From: Smithella sp. | GTDB taxonomy: Bacteria > Desulfobacterota > Syntrophia > Syntrophales > Smithellaceae | NCBI GenBank assembly: GCA_035524255.1 | Contig: DATKPG010000002.1 | Coordinates: 92,192 to 156,191, forward strand | DNA length: 64,000 nucleotides | Reading direction: 5' to 3' | Part shown: positions 60,536 to 64,000 of the stretch, one piece after another | Layout of the letters: every line of letters starts with the position of its first letter | Numbering within the stretch: position 1 is the first letter of the stretch | Translations under genes and position numbers: made by a program | The notes under the pieces: generated by a model | Told to the model about the DNA's origin: nothing | Seen by the model: only the letters and a program-made list of their open reading frames with translations | Database searches by the model: none

Positions 60536-61681
60536 TCAGGCATATTTATGAAGATAACTCTCCAGACGATTTAATCCCTCTTTGATATTTTTCATGGAAT
60601 TGGCGTAAGAAAAACGCAAAAAACCTTCTCCTCCACTGCCGAAATCTATGCCAGGGGTGACGCCCACTTTTACATCTTCAATAATACGAAATGCTTCTTT
60701 GTAAGAATCTTTGCAAAAGCGGCGCGCGTCGGCAAACACATAAAATGCGCCAGTCGGTTCAACATGTATGACAAAACCCATATCCTTTAAACGAGCCAGC
60801 ATATATTGACGACGTTCATTATAAATGCATATCATTTCGTCTACATCATTTTGGGCTTTGGTAAGAGCGGCAATGCCCGCCCATTGAATAAATCCATTGG
60901 CGGATATCATGAAATTCTGATGAATCCGCTGCATAACAGCCGTAAACGCTTTTGGAAAAATGCAGTAGCCCAGGCGCCATCCGGTCATAGCGTATAATTT
61001 GGAGAAACCATTGATGACAAAAGCGTGATCAGTAAATTCTAAAATGGAATGAGCGCGGCCCTGATAGATTAAACCATGATAAATCTCGTCAGAAATAATA
61101 TACTGCTTGTCAAATTGAGCGATATTCTGCAGTTGCTCCTTGTTCATGACAATGCCGGTGGGATTTGAAGGTGAATTGATTAAAATTGCCTTTGTACGGA
61201 GGGAGAGTTTCTTTTTTATATCCTTCGGGCGATACTGAAATCCATCTTCAGGGTAAGTTTTAACCTCTTTAATTTTGCCGCCTGCAGCGAGAATAAAGTT
61301 CTGATAGCAGGGATAGCGCGGATTGGAAATGATTACTTCATCGCCATGATCCAGAATTGCCAGCATTGCGAAAAGCAACGCCGGAGATGTCCCGGTAGAT
61401 ATCATGACCTGATCGGGTATTATATTTACTCCATATTCTTTGAAATAAAAATCGCATATGGCTTCCCTAAGCTCCAACAGTCCCAGGGCGTGGGTATAGC
61501 GTGTTTTATTGTTGGATAGGGCATCATTTGCCGCCTGCGTGATAACTTTTGGTGTGGGGAAATCAGGTTCACCCACTTCCAGGTGGATAATGTTTTCGCC
61601 CTTACGTTCCAATTCCTCGGCTTTTGCCATGACATCCATGACAATAAAAGATGTGAATTTGGACGCTCTTTTCGAAATCAT
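60536..61681 (-). CDS. class I/II pyridoxal-phosphate-dependent aminotransferase (aspartate/aromatic type)
   Basis: 'NSPSNPTG' and 'GFSKLYAMTGWRLGY' (PLP Lys). SD is AAGGAGA. Confidence 0.9.
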   Translation of the reverse strand: MISKRASKFTSFIVMDVMAKAEELERKGENIIHLEVGEPDFPTPKVITQAANDALSNNKTRYTHALGLLELREAICDFYFKEYGVNIIPDQVMISTGTSPALLFAMLAILDHGDEVIISNPRYPCYQNFILAAGGKIKEVKTYPEDGFQYRPKDIKKKLSLRTKAILINSPSNPTGIVMNKEQLQNIAQFDKQYIISDEIYHGLIYQGRAHSILEFTDHAFVINGFSKLYAMTGWRLGYCIFPKAFTAVMQRIHQNFMISANGFIQWAGIAALTKAQNDVDEMICIYNERRQYMLARLKDMGFVIHVEPTGAFYVFADARRFCKDSYKEAFRIIEDVKVGVTPGIDFGSGGEGFLRFSYANSMKNIKEGLNRLESYLHKYA

Positions 61682-61820
61682 AAATCTCCTTCATGTTTTT
61701 GCAAACTCCTTCTATTGTTATTACCTATTTTTTTCAACAATTTTATTAGTTTTATGATGCTGTTTTTGGTTTTAAACGCCTTACAGACGTTTTGGTTTAA
61801 TTATTTAAAAAGCTGATAAT

Positions 61821-61836
61821 TGGTTCAGAACTTGCA
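61821..61836 (+). promoter_or_regulatory. candidate sigma-54 (-24/-12) promoter TGGTTCAGAACTTGCA
   Basis: The GG and GC are spaced exactly as in TGGCACG-N4-TTGCA. It lies 82 nt upstream of the EBP gene start. Confidence 0.45.
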
Positions 61837-61917
61837 ATTAATCGGAAGAATATGAAAAAACATATTGCTATTGGTACATTTTTGTAACAAAATACTTTAT
61901 GGTCAGTTAAGCCATCT

Positions 61918-63501
61918 ATGAGCAAGACTACAAAAAAATCTTTTTCCGAGAAAGAACGTAAATTGAGTATACATACTTATGAAGAATTAGCCGCCCTGCA
62001 CGCCATTGCCAGGATTCTGGCGCAGCCGGGAGATTTGCGTGATCAACTGGAACTGGCCCTGAAGGAAATGAGCTCACGCCTGGGTATGCAGCGCGGGATG
62101 ATATCTCTGATGGATCGCGAAAAAAAGGAGGCCTGGCTGGATATCGCCCATGACGTCAATATTGACGGTTTGGAAGTTTCCTATAAACCAGGGGAAGGTA
62201 TTACCGGGAAAGTAGCGGAAACCGGCCGTCCGATGGCAGTGGCGAATTTGGGCAAAGAAACACATTTTCTGGATCGCACCGGCGCGCGGCGCCATCTTAA
62301 CCGTGCTGAGCTTTCATTTTTATGTGTTCCTATTATGTATGACGCGAACGTTGTAGGCGTTTTATCCGCTGATAAGATTGCCCAGCAGGTCGAGGATCTT
62401 GATAAAGAGTTGGCCATATTATCTTCTGTTGCCGAGTTGATGGCCAAGGCCGTTCATATTCGCGCGCTGGAAGAAGAAAACGAGCGGTTACGCAAGATAG
62501 TCGGCAGCACCCATGCGCCTTCTTTGGATATTATCGGCCATTCAAAATCAATGCAGGAAGTATTCGGGCTTGTGGCGCAGGTTGCTGATTCCAATACTAC
62601 GGTCCTGATCAATGGTGAAACCGGCACCGGAAAAGAATTAATTGCAAGCGCTATTCATAAAAACTCTTCACGTAAAAACGGCCCGCTGGTGCAGGTTAAT
62701 TGTGCCGCTATTCCGGATACGCTGATTGAAAGCGAATTGTTTGGTCATGAAAAAGGCGCGTTTACAGGAGCCTTGCATCAACGCAGAGGACGTTTTGAAG
62801 AAGCAAATGGCGGTACAATTTTTCTGGATGAAGTTGGCGAACTTTCCGCAGCCGCTCAGGTAAAGCTGTTACGGGTTTTACAGGAAAAGAGATTTCAACC
62901 ACTGGGTTCTTCACGTATTATTAATGTTAATGTGCGCATTATCGCGGCTACCAATAGAGATCTGGAACAGGATATTACATCTGACCGTTTCCGCGCTGAT
63001 TTGTTTTACCGTCTGAACGTATTTCCCATTTACTTGCCGCCGTTGCGCGAAAGAGGGAGTGATATAATTCTTTTAGCCGACTATTTTATCCTAAAGTACA
63101 GCAAGGAAATGGGGAAGAGCGTTAAAAAGATTTCAACAGCGGCGATCGAAGTATTTTTATCACATAAATGGCCGGGTAACGTGCGTGAACTGGAAAATTG
63201 CATTGAAAGAGCGGTATTATTGACTAAAACAGACATGATTGAGTGTATTCATTTACCGCCGTCATTACATGTCAGAGAGAAAAAAGCTGAAAAGGTTGAA
63301 CACAGCAAATTATCTTCTGTCGTTGAAGCGCAGGAACGATCATTAATTGTTGATACTCTGGAAGCAACAGGTGGCAATCAGACCAAGGCCGCAAATATTT
63401 TAGGGACAACAAAACGCATTATTCAATACAAAATTGGCAAACTGGGAATTGATCCCAAGCTCTTCCGCAAAAGCAATAAAGCCGTCCAAGATCATGATTG
63501 A
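61918..63501 (+). CDS. sigma-54-dependent transcriptional activator with N-terminal GAF domain (NifA/Fis-type)
   Basis: Walker A 'GETGTGKE', 'GAFTGA', 'ELENCIERA', and C-terminal Fis-type HTH '[20 protein letters not shown]'. Confidence 0.93.
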   Translation: MSKTTKKSFSEKERKLSIHTYEELAALHAIARILAQPGDLRDQLELALKEMSSRLGMQRGMISLMDREKKEAWLDIAHDVNIDGLEVSYKPGEGITGKVAETGRPMAVANLGKETHFLDRTGARRHLNRAELSFLCVPIMYDANVVGVLSADKIAQQVEDLDKELAILSSVAELMAKAVHIRALEEENERLRKIVGSTHAPSLDIIGHSKSMQEVFGLVAQVADSNTTVLINGETGTGKELIASAIHKNSSRKNGPLVQVNCAAIPDTLIESELFGHEKGAFTGALHQRRGRFEEANGGTIFLDEVGELSAAAQVKLLRVLQEKRFQPLGSSRIINVNVRIIAATNRDLEQDITSDRFRADLFYRLNVFPIYLPPLRERGSDIILLADYFILKYSKEMGKSVKKISTAAIEVFLSHKWPGNVRELENCIERAVLLTKTDMIECIHLPPSLHVREKKAEKVEHSKLSSVVEAQERSLIVDTLEATGGNQTKAANILGTTKRIIQYKIGKLGIDPKLFRKSNKAVQDHD

Positions 63502-63573
63502 AATAATATTTAAGGATTTTTGAAGAAAGAATACAAGGTTTTATTGCATAGATAATTGTCTTGATGTCCACAT

Positions 63574-63647
63574 TGAGGGATCGTCTAAAGGTAGGACAAC
63601 AGGTTCTGGCCCTGTGAATCGAGGTTCGAGTCCTTGTCCCTCAGCCA
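63574..63647 (+). tRNA. tRNA-Gln (anticodon CUG), CCA encoded
   Basis: Hand-folded cloverleaf. Acceptor TGAGGGA/TCCCTCA, D stem GTC/GAC, anticodon stem ACAGG/CCTGT with loop TTCTGGC, and T arm CGAGG-TTCGAGT-CCTTG. 74 nt. Confidence 0.9.
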
Positions 63648-63653
63648 TACAAT

Positions 63654-63842
63654 TTATTCACGGTTAAGAGTTCCTCTGAAGAATGTTGGATGATTGTTAA
63701 ACCAAGGGATTTCATCAAAAGACAGGTTATTCTTTTTATTTTCTGCGTCAGTTAAAGTATTCCATGGGCACGGTTCGACTCTTGATTTGCCATCAATGGC
63801 AATTCGACTCGTGAAATAGTAAGGGATGTTAAAATCAAACAT
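63654..63842 (-). CDS. hypothetical 62-aa ORF next to the tRNA (doubtful)
   Basis: ORF only. No recognisable motif or clear SD. It lies at the edge of an AT-rich stretch. Confidence 0.25.
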   Translation of the reverse strand: MFDFNIPYYFTSRIAIDGKSRVEPCPWNTLTDAENKKNNLSFDEIPWFNNHPTFFRGTLNRE

Positions 63843-64000
63843 TCTAACTATTTATAATATTATTATGGTATTACCGTGTCTCACACCAAAATAAAGATAA
63901 TTAGAATTTAAAAATTAAATTAAATACTTATATTAGACTGAAATATGTTCTTGTTAAATCATCATTAGTTAATATATTACTTATATAAATAAGTAAGGGA

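Overview
This is a 64-kb, densely coding chromosomal segment with about 58 CDS and 1 tRNA. It carries the replication/partition core rsmG-parA-parB-dnaA-dnaN-gyrB-gyrA at 2.6-12.7 kb, with no recF.

Downstream are housekeeping and anaerobe-type metabolism genes, in order:
- archease-rtcB, an LpxL-like acyltransferase, and paaK plus an ACT protein
- NUDIX, thioredoxin and ybaK
- acyl-CoA dehydrogenase, etfB, etfA and an NMO/FabK-like reductase
- MFS transporter, thyX and murI; a flavodoxin/ferredoxin fusion; a DAP-decarboxylase-like enzyme
- PiT plus a PhoU-like protein
- a kamA / ATP-grasp / ATP-grasp / GNAT operon
- mutM; TetR plus an ADP-forming acyl-CoA synthetase; htrA
- hisH-hisF-pdxS-pdxT-GNAT on the minus strand; a radical SAM gene; mnmG
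- an AT-rich glycan-gene islet; an Isf-type flavoprotein; a methyltransferase
- a PAS-GGDEF-EAL protein; an aminotransferase; a GAF/sigma-54 activator; tRNA-Gln(CUG)

The long-form GyrB (801 aa), the LpxL-like gene and htrA suggest a diderm. Etf, Isf, ThyX, RtcB/archease and several radical-SAM genes suggest an anaerobe. Desulfobacterota-like is only a guess and cannot be decided without a database search.

I found no transposase, integrase, phage, CRISPR-cas or recognisable defence genes.

Most noteworthy observations:
1. A tightly packed kamA + two Ddl-like ATP-grasp + GNAT operon that fits none of the known beta-lysine pathways.
2. A previously unannotated ERIC-like family of imperfect-palindrome intergenic repeats of about 85-126 bp, with at least 5 copies in this window.
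3. A fused double-domain ThyX in which each domain keeps a different half of the ThyX motif.
4. Two independent internal duplications of zinc-ribbon modules: a mini-protein after rtcB and a Trx2-like thioredoxin.
5. A perfect consensus parS about 38 kb from parAB, and a 30-bp perfect palindrome of DnaA-box-like half-sites in front of dnaA.

All functional calls come from motif recognition by eye. No searches were run.
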